Virus record (IMG/VR): IMGVR_UViG_3300037424_003017
Span: 1 to 50,998 of that record
From: a virus
Lineage: Duplodnaviria; Caudoviricetes
Length of the DNA stretch: 50,998 nt
Reading direction: 5' to 3' (one strand)
The translations under genes and the position numbers were made by a program. The notes under the pieces were generated by a model. The model was not told the DNA's origin. It did not search any database and saw only the letters and a list, made by a program, of their open reading frames with translations. This document shows, one piece after another, positions 25,423-36,327 of the stretch. Each line of letters starts with the position of its first letter. The stretch's first letter is position 1.

Positions 25423-26902
25423 GATCGAGGCAGAGCGTTCAAGACGCAGTCTTTCTTATTACGTTCAGAAAGCGTGGCATATTGTCGAGCCGACCACGCC
25501 GTACATTGACAATTGGCATATCGGACTGATCTGCGAATACCTGGTGGCGCTGACCGAATTGCAGATCCAGAACCTGATCATCAACGTGCCTCCCCGGCAC
25601 ATGAAGAGCCTGATGACCTGCGTGTTCTGGCCCACGTGGGTATGGGGACCGCGTGAAATGCCGTCTTCGCGTTGGTTGACCGGATCGTATTCCATGAACC
25701 TGGCAGTGCGCGATGCGCTCAAGAGCCGGCGGGTGATCCAGCATCCGTGGTATCAGGAACGGTTCGGTGATGGGTTCAAGATGACCGGCGACCAAAACGT
25801 AAAGACCCGGTACGAGAACGATAAGACCGGCTTGCGCATGTCGTTCGGCATGGATACAGCATTTGTCGGTGAAGGCGGCGATTTCATCATTGTGGATGAT
25901 TCGTTGAAGGCGCAGGATGCTGACAGCGACACCGAACGGGAGAAGGTCAATAAAAGCTGGGATGAGTCCCTCTCTACGAGAGCCAACAACCCGAAGACGG
26001 TCCGCCGCGTGATCATCGGGCAACGGCTCCATGAAGATGACCTGCCCGGGCACGTGATCGAGAAGATGAAAGAGGAAGGGGCGCACCAGTACGAACTGTT
26101 GTGCCTGCCGGCACGTTACGAACCGAACCGCTTTGTCTCCGTGCTGGGGTTGCGGGATCCACGGAAGAAGCTGCGTGAGTTATTGTGGCCCGAACGGGTA
26201 GATGAAAAGGAAATGGTCGCGCTGGAAACCGACCTGGGGGAACGGGGGACCGCTGGTCAGCTTCAGCAACGCCCCTCCCCTGCCGGCGGCGCCATCTTCC
26301 TGCGCAAATGGTACGACGGACAGAACCGCTATAACCCGGCGGACAACCGGATCTACAACCGCAACGTGGCACGCTGGTTGTTCTTCGACACCGCGTTCAA
26401 GGACAAGGAGCAAAACGACCCCACCGCCCTGGTGGTGCTCGAACTGACGCCGGACTATCGTGTACTGTTGCGTCATGCCTGGTGGGACCGTATGCAAGTG
26501 CCCCAGGTAACCAGCACCGTCAATGACAATACCTTACGATGGAACTATGACGGCAAACTGCGCGGGACCGTGGTCGAAGACAAGGGATCGGGGATTGCGG
26601 TGCTCCAGACCCTGCGACAAGGCGCTCTGCCGGAAGTCTCGGAGCTGTTGATCGAGTTCAACCCCGGGACCGCGAGCAAGCCGGAACGTTTCCGCAGAGC
26701 CAGTCCGTGGTGTGAACGGGGATGCGTCCTGCTCCCCCAGCCTGACGAGGGCGTGCCCTGGTTGTTCGACTTCGAGGAATTGTTATTCAATGCGCCGACC
26801 GCCAAGATCGACGATCCGCCGGATGCCTTCTCCATGGGCATCCTCTACCTGGAGAACCTGCTGGCGGAGGGCTGGAAGTTGCGGCTCCGCACACGGCGCT
26901 AA
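25340..26902 (+). CDS. terL: terminase large subunit
   Basis: NWHI, NVPPRHMKS Walker A, IIVDD Walker B, QRLHEDDL, QQRP, DTAFK and EDKGSG nuclease motifs. Confidence 0.93.
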   Translation: MTNNLKFSKKRQGLSLPNAILSLPSLAEIEAERSRRSLSYYVQKAWHIVEPTTPYIDNWHIGLICEYLVALTELQIQNLIINVPPRHMKSLMTCVFWPTWVWGPREMPSSRWLTGSYSMNLAVRDALKSRRVIQHPWYQERFGDGFKMTGDQNVKTRYENDKTGLRMSFGMDTAFVGEGGDFIIVDDSLKAQDADSDTEREKVNKSWDESLSTRANNPKTVRRVIIGQRLHEDDLPGHVIEKMKEEGAHQYELLCLPARYEPNRFVSVLGLRDPRKKLRELLWPERVDEKEMVALETDLGERGTAGQLQQRPSPAGGAIFLRKWYDGQNRYNPADNRIYNRNVARWLFFDTAFKDKEQNDPTALVVLELTPDYRVLLRHAWWDRMQVPQVTSTVNDNTLRWNYDGKLRGTVVEDKGSGIAVLQTLRQGALPEVSELLIEFNPGTASKPERFRRASPWCERGCVLLPQPDEGVPWLFDFEELLFNAPTAKIDDPPDAFSMGILYLENLLAEGWKLRLRTRR

Positions 26903-26950
26903 CCGTTACTGTCGTAACAGAAAAACTATCAAATACAAAAGGAGTATGAC

Positions 26951-27304
26951 ATGGCAATCAAAACATTAGATGGATATGTAGGAGAAAATGGAGGCTTGAA
27001 GGTCGAGTATGTAAGTCAACCCCTTGCCACATCCTCAGTTTTCACCGGGCAGATCACTGTGTCGGCTGCGGGAACGGCTGTGAATGGACCAGATGTCCCT
27101 CTTACCAATGGGGCTTACATCAAGGCGCTGGGAGCAAATGCCGGCAAGGTATATGTCGGGAATGACGGCGCAGGTGACATTACTTCATCGAATGGTTTTG
27201 AGTTGTCTGCCGGTGATCTGATCATTGTTCAGGTTTCAAACCTGAACCAGTTATGGTTCGACGCCGCAACCAATGGGGATAAGTTTTGCTGGATGAAAGC
27301 ATAA
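26951..27304 (+). CDS. small beta-sandwich virion-type protein
   Basis: IKALGANAGKVYVG..NGFELSAGD; AAGGAG RBS. Confidence 0.6.
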   Translation: MAIKTLDGYVGENGGLKVEYVSQPLATSSVFTGQITVSAAGTAVNGPDVPLTNGAYIKALGANAGKVYVGNDGAGDITSSNGFELSAGDLIIVQVSNLNQLWFDAATNGDKFCWMKA

Positions 27305-27342
27305 GAAAATGGATAGAATAAAGTTTCGTTGTGAGGTGTACC

Positions 27343-28245
27343 ATGCGTAACAGGCGTGCGTTTATGATGCTGATGGCGAGTGGGGGAGGGGCGGCTCCTG
27401 TGACCTATACCATCTCCGGAACAGTCTACGACGCGGACGGCACAACTACCGTCGAGGGTGCAACTGTTGCACTCGGAGCATTATCGGCGGTTAGTGCAGC
27501 GGATGGGACATATACAATTGCGGACGTGCCATCTGGAACATCTGGAACAATGTCATGCACCAAAACAGGTTACTCGTGGGTATCAAAATCAATCGCGTCA
27601 ATGTCTGGCGATTTGACCGCACAAAATTTCGTGAATTGGTGGTGGGCAGTTGGCGGGATTGCTGAGATTTGTATAGGGGCTTATCAGCCTATGGGTGCGG
27701 CAAGTCTTGCCGCGTCTTATATCAACCTTGCCAACCCAACAAACAACGCGGCACCGGGCAGCGCTCCGTCTTTCGACACAGCGGTAGGCTGGACATTTTC
27801 TGATACTCACTGGCTTGGTACAAATATAATAGCCGCCGCCAATTACTCCATGATAGGTAGGTTTAGTGGCACAACTGCGCGGGCTAGTGGACATTGCGTC
27901 ATGGGGTGTGGTTCCCTAAGCACTAACAGACTTTACGTTTTACCTGGTTTAGATGTATCCAATCGGGCGTTTGGGTATGGGTTGCACAAAAGTTTTGCTG
28001 GAGCCGTGGATAATGGCGTGATGGCAATCGCAGGGGAGAATTGCTACTACAACGGAGCGGTCGATGGCGTAACCGCTGGTTCAATTACGTCCGGCGAGTT
28101 GGAGATCCAGTTTGGCAGGCGGTGGAAAGGCAGTGGCTTTGATTTTCCGCTAAACGGAAACATACAAGCCGCCGCTATTTACAGCGCTGTCCTGACCGCC
28201 CCACAAGTCGCGGCACTTACTACGGCAATAAACAACCTCCCTTAA
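27343..28245 (+). CDS. Ig-like/carboxypeptidase-regulatory plus LamG-like domain protein
   Basis: YTISGTVYD..VEGATV..DGTYTI..KTGY; C-terminal NGNIQAAAIYSAVLT. Confidence 0.65.
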   Translation: MRNRRAFMMLMASGGGAAPVTYTISGTVYDADGTTTVEGATVALGALSAVSAADGTYTIADVPSGTSGTMSCTKTGYSWVSKSIASMSGDLTAQNFVNWWWAVGGIAEICIGAYQPMGAASLAASYINLANPTNNAAPGSAPSFDTAVGWTFSDTHWLGTNIIAAANYSMIGRFSGTTARASGHCVMGCGSLSTNRLYVLPGLDVSNRAFGYGLHKSFAGAVDNGVMAIAGENCYYNGAVDGVTAGSITSGELEIQFGRRWKGSGFDFPLNGNIQAAAIYSAVLTAPQVAALTTAINNLP

Positions 28246-28280
28246 TTGGCGGAGGTGACCCGCCCGAACAAACACTAAAC

Positions 28281-29183
28281 TTGGAAAATTTTGACGGCAA
28301 TGGGTTCAACGTCGTTATTATTCCTGACACGCAATACTACTCAGAGAATAACGCAGAAACCTTCAATGCTCAAACGCAGTGGATTGCTGACAACAAAGTA
28401 TTGATGAATATTCAAATGGTTTTACACGAAGGCGATATTGTGAACAACGCGACCATAGCAGGACAATGGACAAACGCAAATGCGGCGATGGCAATTCTCG
28501 ACAATTCCAACGTGCCGTATCTGGCTGCGATTGGAAACCATGACTATGCACTTGAGAGCGTCACTGACCGCACGGCGACAGACTTTAACACTCACTATGG
28601 ACAAAGTCGGTACACAGGAAAAACGTGGTGGAACGGTGGATTTTACGAGGTAGACCATGCGGAGAACGCATACAACCTAATGACCATCGGCGGAAACTTG
28701 TATCTATTCCTCTCGCTCGAATTTGGTCCTCGAGACGCAGTCTTGGCGTGGGCTGACGGGATTATCGCCGCCAATCCAACCGCAACAGTGATTATTGTTA
28801 GCCACTCGTATCTGTTTACCGATGGCTCACTGGTCACAACTGGCGACGCGCACGCGCCAGATGGATACCCAATTGTAGGAACGGTCAATAACGGCGATGA
28901 GATGTGGGCGGCACTTGTGGATAAATACGCAAATATTTCTATGATTGTAAGCGGACATCACATCGGCGGGCAGTTATCCGCAAAGCTCACTGACATTGGT
29001 GAGAACGCGAATATTGTAAATATGATGTTCGCAAACTGGCAGGAAGGCGGCGGAGGCTGGATGAGACTATTAACAATCAATCCGGTAGCAAACACCGTGA
29101 GGGTGCAAACCATTTCCCCGGTTGTTGGAGATTGCCTGATTGACGCGGATAATCGGTTTACGTGGCAGTACAAGGCCACATAG
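28281..29183 (+). CDS. calcineurin-like metallophosphoesterase
   Basis: PDTQ, HEGDIV, GNHD, SHSY, SGHH motifs; start codon uncertain. Confidence 0.85.
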   Translation: MENFDGNGFNVVIIPDTQYYSENNAETFNAQTQWIADNKVLMNIQMVLHEGDIVNNATIAGQWTNANAAMAILDNSNVPYLAAIGNHDYALESVTDRTATDFNTHYGQSRYTGKTWWNGGFYEVDHAENAYNLMTIGGNLYLFLSLEFGPRDAVLAWADGIIAANPTATVIIVSHSYLFTDGSLVTTGDAHAPDGYPIVGTVNNGDEMWAALVDKYANISMIVSGHHIGGQLSAKLTDIGENANIVNMMFANWQEGGGGWMRLLTINPVANTVRVQTISPVVGDCLIDADNRFTWQYKAT

Positions 29184-29358
29184 AATGAACATTCGATCTG
29201 TGTGGGAACTTGCAATTGGCGGCTCGTGTCTGTTCTGGCTTCTGGTATGTATAGCACTATGTGCAATTGTAGGAGCCGGCAACTAGAAGGAAATTGCAAT
29301 GCAAAGATGACATCATGATGACTACTAACCGTTACGATGGAAACGAAAAGGACTCCCT

Positions 29359-30867
29359 ATGACCCCCACCCCTGTATTCGGTGACACCGCTCAAAGTCAA
29401 TGGCAACGTGTGATGTTCATGAGTTCGCTACGGGCCGCACAATTGGCGACGCCGGCGGCCTGGTATGAAATGCTGCAAGAGTATTACAACAACAATGGTT
29501 TGTACGACATGGTGAGCCAAGCGCTCTATGAAAACGCCATATGGACACCCGGCATGAAGCCGTTGCGTAACCCTGCCAACCGCGCTGTCGAATTCTATGT
29601 GTCCAAGATATGGCCGGGCAAGTTGGACAGTGCCCTGCCGTTGGTGACCGAAAACGATACGCTGAAAACTTCCATCCAAACGATCTGGGGCTGGTCGAAT
29701 TTGAAGAGCCAAAAGCAACCTATGATCCGCTGGCTGGCTACGCATGGCGGACTGGCTCTCAAGATCACACCCCTTCGGGCTTCTGATGGTTCGGTCAGAA
29801 GCGTCTACATGAGCCCGATCAAAATGAAGGTGATCACCGACCTGGAGGAGGATAGTCGCGGGTATCTGACCTTCATCCGAATGGATGTGCCGGCTGGCGA
29901 CCAGACCCATACCGAGGTCTGGAGCAAAAAACAGGGAGGCTACCGGATATGGAAACATAACCGCTCATTGGATACACCCCTGAGTCAATTGGGAAACCCT
30001 ACCGAACAGAAGGACTTCGGTCAACTGGGATTCGATTTCATCCCGATCGTCCATGCGAAGTTCAAGGACGTCGGCGAGACACGTGGGTTGGGATGTTTTG
30101 TGCACGTTCTGGACAAGATTGACGAAGCCAACCGACAGGCGACACGCCTCCACGAGATCCTTTTCCGATGGAATAAGCCGACGCAGGCAGTCAGTGCCAA
30201 TGCACTCGACTCCAGTGGCAAGCCCCTGCCGCCTCCCACATTGACCGGGCGGGACGGCAGTACCACTGCGGATGGAGACGCCCTCAAGACTGGTGACGAC
30301 GATCTATTCAGCCTGCCTGGTATGTCGAAGCTCGAGCAGATGGTGCCCAACCTGCAATACGATGCCGCCCTGAACATCCTGAATGCGCAAATGAAAGAGA
30401 TCAAGGAAGACCTTCCCGAGGTCCTGTACTACGATCTGAAGGATAAGACGGACTTGTCCGGGGAAGCTATCAAACGATTGATGGGACCGGCAATCGATCG
30501 CGTAGTGGAGGCACGTGACAATGTCGAACAATCGCTGATACGAGCCGACGAGATGGCGTTGACCATTGCACAGCTCCATGGTCTGAACGGTTTCAAGGAC
30601 TTGGGGACGTATGAGAAAGGCGATTTCAACCATTCGTTTGCGGAGAGGGACGTTGTTCTGCTCAGCAAGAAAGAGCGTGCTGAGACGATCAAGGTCGAAA
30701 CCGAAGCCGGCATGGCGTTGAACTTCTCGATGAAGAACAACGGATATACCCAGCAGGAGATCGATGATAATAAGGCGGCGAAGGAAGAAGAACGCACTTC
30801 CGAAGGTGCACTGATGGGGAATCTCGTGTTGGATGCGATCCGTAATCGAGACCAAGGGCAACAATAA
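29359..30867 (+). CDS. portal protein (SPP1-like)
   Basis: Size, position, FIPIVH and SGEAIK motifs. Confidence 0.8.
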   Translation: MTPTPVFGDTAQSQWQRVMFMSSLRAAQLATPAAWYEMLQEYYNNNGLYDMVSQALYENAIWTPGMKPLRNPANRAVEFYVSKIWPGKLDSALPLVTENDTLKTSIQTIWGWSNLKSQKQPMIRWLATHGGLALKITPLRASDGSVRSVYMSPIKMKVITDLEEDSRGYLTFIRMDVPAGDQTHTEVWSKKQGGYRIWKHNRSLDTPLSQLGNPTEQKDFGQLGFDFIPIVHAKFKDVGETRGLGCFVHVLDKIDEANRQATRLHEILFRWNKPTQAVSANALDSSGKPLPPPTLTGRDGSTTADGDALKTGDDDLFSLPGMSKLEQMVPNLQYDAALNILNAQMKEIKEDLPEVLYYDLKDKTDLSGEAIKRLMGPAIDRVVEARDNVEQSLIRADEMALTIAQLHGLNGFKDLGTYEKGDFNHSFAERDVVLLSKKERAETIKVETEAGMALNFSMKNNGYTQQEIDDNKAAKEEERTSEGALMGNLVLDAIRNRDQGQQ

Positions 30868-31670
30868 TGCCGCAACGACCTGATGACCCGCAAGGGGTGA
30901 TGCGACACGCCGGCAAATATGCAGGCGGTACAGCTCTGATCGTACTGGGTGGATATTCGGCTGTAGACTGGGAACAAGTAAGGGACAGCGTCCGACCGGA
31001 TGTAATTTTGGGTGCGAATGGTGTCAATGCGAAGATCCATGACCTTGATTATTGGATGTGTGCGGAGAATATGACACGCTCGGCGAAGCTGGCAGACGAG
31101 GGTGACGAGCGGAGCCGACAATTCGCAGAGATCCTGAATCGTAAAGGTGCACGTGTGAGGCTGGTCAGTCATCGAAGCTGGCACCTGCTCGAAGATGCGA
31201 GCGATGCGATCTGCATCCGCAGACAGGGATACGAGCTGACAGAGATCCCGGAAAATTTTACAATCCGAAATTATGGGGAGGGATATTGGAGCGGGTGGAT
31301 ACTGAAACACAAACACGCCGGTGTACCTGTGCATGTTGGCACGGTGGGATTGCACATGTTGCACCATGCCGGCATCCTGGGGTGTTCGGAAGTCCACACC
31401 ATCGGGTTCGATCTGATGTTCAGGGAGGGCGATGGTCATCACTGGTATCCCTACCCCATTTATCAGGCTGACCGTTTCCGAAACGAAACTATGTTCACGA
31501 CCTTCGAAGGCATTCCGACACAACATTATTGGATCGAAACGGCTGAATACCTGAAGGCTGTGGAATGGTTGTTCAATCGCGATGGGATGCGCTGGATCGA
31601 TCACTCGAACGGTTTGTTGACCGCCATGGGATTGGAATGTACACGTCATGCATTGGAGTTCGGTGAATGA
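30867..31670 (+). CDS. DUF115/sugar-transferase-like Rossmann protein
   Basis: ALIVLGGYS, ILGANG, ILGCSEVHTIGFDL, HHWY. Confidence 0.6.
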   Translation: MPQRPDDPQGVMRHAGKYAGGTALIVLGGYSAVDWEQVRDSVRPDVILGANGVNAKIHDLDYWMCAENMTRSAKLADEGDERSRQFAEILNRKGARVRLVSHRSWHLLEDASDAICIRRQGYELTEIPENFTIRNYGEGYWSGWILKHKHAGVPVHVGTVGLHMLHHAGILGCSEVHTIGFDLMFREGDGHHWYPYPIYQADRFRNETMFTTFEGIPTQHYWIETAEYLKAVEWLFNRDGMRWIDHSNGLLTAMGLECTRHALEFGE

Positions 31671-32683
31671 CAACGTGTACCTTCTGCAGTAGCAATAACA
31701 CGCACTTGATACAGGCGATGACCGACATTCTAAACCGTCATCATTGCACTGTTTGCATGAATGATTTTTATGTCGAGTCCGTGCCAGCGAAGTATATGAT
31801 CTTCCCTCACCAAAACAAAGAGCGGCTGTTTATGGAGGCGTTGACAGATGGCTATCATGTCACTGAGAAACCGGGTCCGGGTGTTCTGTTCTGCCTGACC
31901 GATTACGATGTCACGTCGCGTCGCCGGCGGCTTGAACGGATGCGTGAACAAGGTGTTCAACGTTTTTTTGTCTATCCCCATGCGGCGCGACCCGCAGTGA
32001 TCAACGATATCCACACGCCCTGGGAGAATACGACTGCGCAGTTTGTGCCCAGTGAAGGACAGATCGAGATCATGAGGCGGTTTGGCTACGATAAACCCCT
32101 GCACGCCGTCGGCTGGCATTTGTGCCCGATCCTGCCATTCCGACGTCGGAAACCTGAGAAGGTGCTCTTCGCTCCGGTCCACCCACGCATGTCGTATGTG
32201 GATAAGCAGTTGAACCATGAGACGTTCGAGAAGTTATATCCGCTGGCGCATGCCGGCAAGATCGATCTAACGGTGCGCTATATCCACTCTCTGCCAAACA
32301 GCGGTTTATCCCAGATGAAAGGCGTGCGATATGTAAGAGGAGATCAGGATACATCATTCAAGATGATCGATGAAGCCGATGTGGTGATCGCTCACCAGAC
32401 CTATGCTTATCTTGCCATTGCACGTGGCGTGCCAACTGTGATGTTTGGCGAAGATACACCGCCCCACGATTTCAAGGGCGAGGACGTGCGCTACTCCCCC
32501 TCCTGGGAGAAATACAAAGACCTGTTGATGTATCCCTTCGATCTTTTGGCGACTGGGGATGCCATGAAGTTGATCGAGCACGCTTGTGCCTATGACCGTG
32601 AGATCGCCGACTGGCGGGACCGCTTGATCGGAAAACCGTTCGACCCTGAATTGTTCTTGAATACGGTAAGGAGTTATCTATGA
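31667..32683 (+). CDS. GT-B-like glycosyltransferase, paralog 1
   Basis: YPHAARP; ADVVIAHQTYAYLAIARGVPTV C-terminal motif. Confidence 0.6.
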   Translation: MTTCTFCSSNNTHLIQAMTDILNRHHCTVCMNDFYVESVPAKYMIFPHQNKERLFMEALTDGYHVTEKPGPGVLFCLTDYDVTSRRRRLERMREQGVQRFFVYPHAARPAVINDIHTPWENTTAQFVPSEGQIEIMRRFGYDKPLHAVGWHLCPILPFRRRKPEKVLFAPVHPRMSYVDKQLNHETFEKLYPLAHAGKIDLTVRYIHSLPNSGLSQMKGVRYVRGDQDTSFKMIDEADVVIAHQTYAYLAIARGVPTVMFGEDTPPHDFKGEDVRYSPSWEKYKDLLMYPFDLLATGDAMKLIEHACAYDREIADWRDRLIGKPFDPELFLNTVRSYL

Positions 32684-32976
32684 GTCGTGACACAACGGTC
32701 CTGGATGCAATCTGGTGCGCCGACGGTGTATGGCGAGTTCCCGATCTGGATGAACCCGTAAGGAAAAAGGAGCATGATGGCTGGGGGCAACCTAGTGCTT
32801 TCGATTATGGTCACGGGATGAAATCTACCTATCTCGGTGTTGATTTCGCTAAGGACGATCCTACCCAAGATGAGATTAGACGGTTTATTGCCAATTCTAT
32901 GAATCGGAATCTAGCATCCTTGACCAAGGATGCCTATACTTTCTTTCACCATTCTACGAGTACCGATGAACAATAA
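32680..32976 (+). CDS. hypothetical protein
   Basis: AAGGAG RBS; coupled. Confidence 0.5.
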   Translation: MSRDTTVLDAIWCADGVWRVPDLDEPVRKKEHDGWGQPSAFDYGHGMKSTYLGVDFAKDDPTQDEIRRFIANSMNRNLASLTKDAYTFFHHSTSTDEQ

Positions 32977-33508
32977 GATCATCAACAAAATCAAAAACAT
33001 ACACAACAAGTCATACCTGGAACTCGGATTGGGGAACGGCAGGAACTTTGACGGTGTTCTGGCGGTTGATAAAACGTCGGTTGACATAAACGGAAGAGGA
33101 ACGTTTACAGGAACCACCGATGAATTCTTTGAGTCGCTCACCCATGAAGAGTGGGATGTTATATTTATCGATGCAAACCATGAATATCATTACGTTTTGC
33201 GAGATTACAATAATTCAGTCGTTCGATGCAGGGAATGGATTGCAATTCACGATCTGATACCGCCGTCTGAAAAGTATGTGTCGGCTCGCTTTTGCGGGGA
33301 CGGGTACAAGTTGCTTTATTGCCTGCTTGCACAGACAAACACGAATGTTTTTCCCATGAATAATAATTTTGGATTCACCATGATACGTATGCCCGCCCAA
33401 CCCATTGCCCCACCTATCGCGTGCTCAAAGTTTACTTACATGGAGTTTCAAAAGTTCATCAAGGATATAAAGTTGTACAGCGAGGAAGAGATCGAGAGAA
33501 TGCTATGA
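32966..33508 (+). CDS. class I SAM-dependent methyltransferase
   Basis: YLELGLGNG, DVIFIDANHEY, IAIHD. Confidence 0.82.
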   Translation: MNNKIINKIKNIHNKSYLELGLGNGRNFDGVLAVDKTSVDINGRGTFTGTTDEFFESLTHEEWDVIFIDANHEYHYVLRDYNNSVVRCREWIAIHDLIPPSEKYVSARFCGDGYKLLYCLLAQTNTNVFPMNNNFGFTMIRMPAQPIAPPIACSKFTYMEFQKFIKDIKLYSEEEIERML

Positions 33509-34422
33509 AGTCTTTCTATGTGTTCTCGCTCCGCGATGCCGCCAACGCTTATGAAAAAGCCCTTCAATCTGCTGGCTATATCCGATCTCAAAACGTAAAC
33601 GACGCTGATTTCATTCTGACAGACAAGGAGCCGACAAGCGCGATACATAGGGAAAAGTTCATCAAGCTGATAGCCGGTCGTCCTGTGTTCTATTTTCCTC
33701 ATACGCCATATGCGTACTGGCTATGGGATGGAAAACTTCCCATGCACACACCAATATGCTGTAATTTTGTTGTTGGCGAAGGGGCGGTAATGGGAATGAA
33801 GGCATACGGCTATCCGTATCGAGTGGAGAAGGTTGGCTTCCCGCGTTGCGAAGTCAAGCCGTTCAAGCCGACGAATGGAACAAACTTATTATATGCTCCG
33901 CCTCGGCTGATGGGTGCCGGCTGGTGGTGGAACCAGGGGGAACGGGAAGCGCATCTCAAGGCTATGAGATGGATTATTGAGAACATCGAAAGTTTCGACA
34001 ATGTGACGGTCAACTACTCCGTGTCCAAAGAATTAAGCAACGTTACCGACTTCGAAGGATACAGCAAGGTAAGGCTGATGGATATTGGGAACTCTCGCAG
34101 GCTTGGAGCCAAAACAGCTATAAAGGCTTTCGATGGTGTTGATTTGGTGATTTCCTGTAAGACGCTTGGTTATCTGGCGGTTGCGAATGGGATTCCCGCT
34201 ATATTGTACGGATATGAGGAAGGCGAGACATATCGAAGCGACCATTACGAACTGTATAGGTCGCATTATGAATTCCCTCTCAAACTACACAATATGACAA
34301 TCGATGATGTGTTGAACGTAAGGGCGGCTGAAAATTCATCCGTTGAACAATGGAAGCGTGTCAATATCGGCACGTCCTTTGATGCCGCAAAGTTCCTTTC
34401 GATTGTTGACGAGTATTTATAA
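33505..34422 (+). CDS. GT-B-like glycosyltransferase, paralog 2
   Basis: ADFILTD, YFPH, DLVISCKTLGYLAVANGIPAI. Confidence 0.6.
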   Translation: MKSFYVFSLRDAANAYEKALQSAGYIRSQNVNDADFILTDKEPTSAIHREKFIKLIAGRPVFYFPHTPYAYWLWDGKLPMHTPICCNFVVGEGAVMGMKAYGYPYRVEKVGFPRCEVKPFKPTNGTNLLYAPPRLMGAGWWWNQGEREAHLKAMRWIIENIESFDNVTVNYSVSKELSNVTDFEGYSKVRLMDIGNSRRLGAKTAIKAFDGVDLVISCKTLGYLAVANGIPAILYGYEEGETYRSDHYELYRSHYEFPLKLHNMTIDDVLNVRAAENSSVEQWKRVNIGTSFDAAKFLSIVDEYL

Positions 34423-34961
34423 TGCCAAAAATGACAGCAGAAATTTACCCACAATATAAAATAGGACGCTGGACTTATGGAAGCCCTCAGGTTTTGTCAT
34501 GGGGCGAGGGGGCATTATTGACGATAGGTAATTTTTGTTCAATTGCCAAAGGAGTCAAAATATATCTAGGCGGTGAACATCGCACCGATTGGGTGACAAC
34601 TTACCCATTCAGCGAGGTATGGGATGTGGCGAAAAACATCAAGGGACACCCCCACACAAAAGGCGACGTTGTTATAGGTAATGATGTGTGGATTGGCGCG
34701 GATAGTACCATTATGTCAGGGGTGAAGATAGGAGATGGGTCTGTGATCGGCGTTGGGTCTGTTGTTGTTCAAGACGCGCCTCCCTACTCAATAGTATTCG
34801 GAAACCCAGCTAAGGTTATCAGATACAGGTTTGACCGAGCTACTATCGCTTCATTAATTGATCTAGCGTGGTGGAATTGGGACGACGAAAGGATTGTAGA
34901 GTTTATCCCAATTCTTTTGAGCGACACTATCAATGAGTTTATAGGCAAGGCACAGAAATGA
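34422..34961 (+). CDS. CatB/Vat-like hexapeptide O-acetyltransferase
   Basis: IGNFCSIA, GGEHRTDWVTTYPF, IGNDVWIG, GNPAKVIRYRF, AWWNW. Confidence 0.9.
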   Translation: MPKMTAEIYPQYKIGRWTYGSPQVLSWGEGALLTIGNFCSIAKGVKIYLGGEHRTDWVTTYPFSEVWDVAKNIKGHPHTKGDVVIGNDVWIGADSTIMSGVKIGDGSVIGVGSVVVQDAPPYSIVFGNPAKVIRYRFDRATIASLIDLAWWNWDDERIVEFIPILLSDTINEFIGKAQK

Positions 34962-35983
34962 CGCTCCCTGCCCCTCCGCGACCGTATCCGCTCGTGATCC
35001 GCATCATGCTGGAATTCAAAGCCTCCCTGCTGGCTGGCGAAGCCGCGCAGATCGAAGAGATGGCGTTACGGTGGAAACAGTCTGAGGACGTGTTGCAAGC
35101 CTCGTTCGATGCGCTGGCGTTGGATATTGCCACCCGCCGGCAAAACGGGGAAGAGATCAAGCTCTCGAAGCTGGTACGACTGGACCGATACAAGAGCCTG
35201 CTCCAACAGACTACCCAACAGTTGGACCTATATACGACGTATGCAGAAAACCGCGTCCGCCTGGGACAACTCGAACACCTGAAGTTGGGCATCCAACATG
35301 CTGTGGATGCGATCCAGGCATACTTTGCTACACGTGGACGGGTCGCCGGCGTTTTCGATATCCTGCCGGTCGGCGCTTTGCAAGCCCTGGCGGGACTGGC
35401 TGGGGACGGGTCGCCCTTGAAGCAGTTGTTGATCGCCTCTTGGCCTGATGCGGTCGATGGATTGACCCGTAAACTTGTCGAGGCGATCACCCTGGGGAAG
35501 AACCCCATCGATACTGCCCGCGCCATGCGAGACGGGTACGGGGTAGGCTTCCACCGATCGATCAACATTGCACGGACGGAGCAACTGTGCGTGTACCGGA
35601 CAGCCGGCTTGGAGCAATATAAGACCAGCGGGCTGGTGGCTGGATATAAACGTCTCTCTGCCCGTGATGGACGTGTCTGCCCTGCCTGTTTGATGGCTGA
35701 CGATGGCACGATCTATTCACTGGATACGCCGTTCGAGGAGCACCCTCAAGGAAGGTGCTCGCAGGTCCCTGTTGTGAAGGGTCTGACACCTGTCACCTGG
35801 CAATCTGGTCAGAGCTGGTTCGTTTCCCAGAACGAGGCGACTCAGAAGAGCATCTTGGGAGCTGGACGGTATGATGCATGGAAAGCCGGTCAGTTTCAAT
35901 TGAGCGATGTGGTCAAGCGTGTGGAGAACGATGTGTGGGGTACATCGTTACAGACAGCAAGCCTGAAGGAGTTGATCAAGTGA
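34958..35983 (+). CDS. minor head protein (Mu gpF/SPP1 gp7-like)
   Basis: IARTE, D.RVCPAC...DG, HPQGRC. Confidence 0.85.
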   Translation: MTLPAPPRPYPLVIRIMLEFKASLLAGEAAQIEEMALRWKQSEDVLQASFDALALDIATRRQNGEEIKLSKLVRLDRYKSLLQQTTQQLDLYTTYAENRVRLGQLEHLKLGIQHAVDAIQAYFATRGRVAGVFDILPVGALQALAGLAGDGSPLKQLLIASWPDAVDGLTRKLVEAITLGKNPIDTARAMRDGYGVGFHRSINIARTEQLCVYRTAGLEQYKTSGLVAGYKRLSARDGRVCPACLMADDGTIYSLDTPFEEHPQGRCSQVPVVKGLTPVTWQSGQSWFVSQNEATQKSILGAGRYDAWKAGQFQLSDVVKRVENDVWGTSLQTASLKELIK

Positions 35984-36327
35984 TTCCTTTAGATAATCCT
36001 CCGCCGCCGATCTTTGCGCCGGAGAACAAACCGTTCTGGGACCAGGTGCGCCGGCTTTTGATCTGGCTATTGAGACAATTGGACAAATGGTATGGATGGA
36101 AGACATTTGAGAGTCCTCATGAACCTGGTATATAACGCTTACAGCATGGTGTTCTTGATCACTCGTTTACCGGTCCCGCGGAATGATCGTGTGATCGTCG
36201 GCTTTCCCTTATGGATCTCCTTTTGCACTCCCATCGAACTGATGGTTGGCGACCAGGTGCTGGTAGATCCGCAAACCTGTGTTGTTGAGATCGTCGAGCG
36301 CGCCGGCATAGCCATTTATCGGAGCGG

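Noticed and set aside
34422-34961. Chloramphenicol/streptogramin resistance gene
   Set aside because: The fold is shared with sugar O-acetyltransferases and the context is a transferase cluster in the late operon; resistance is unsupported.
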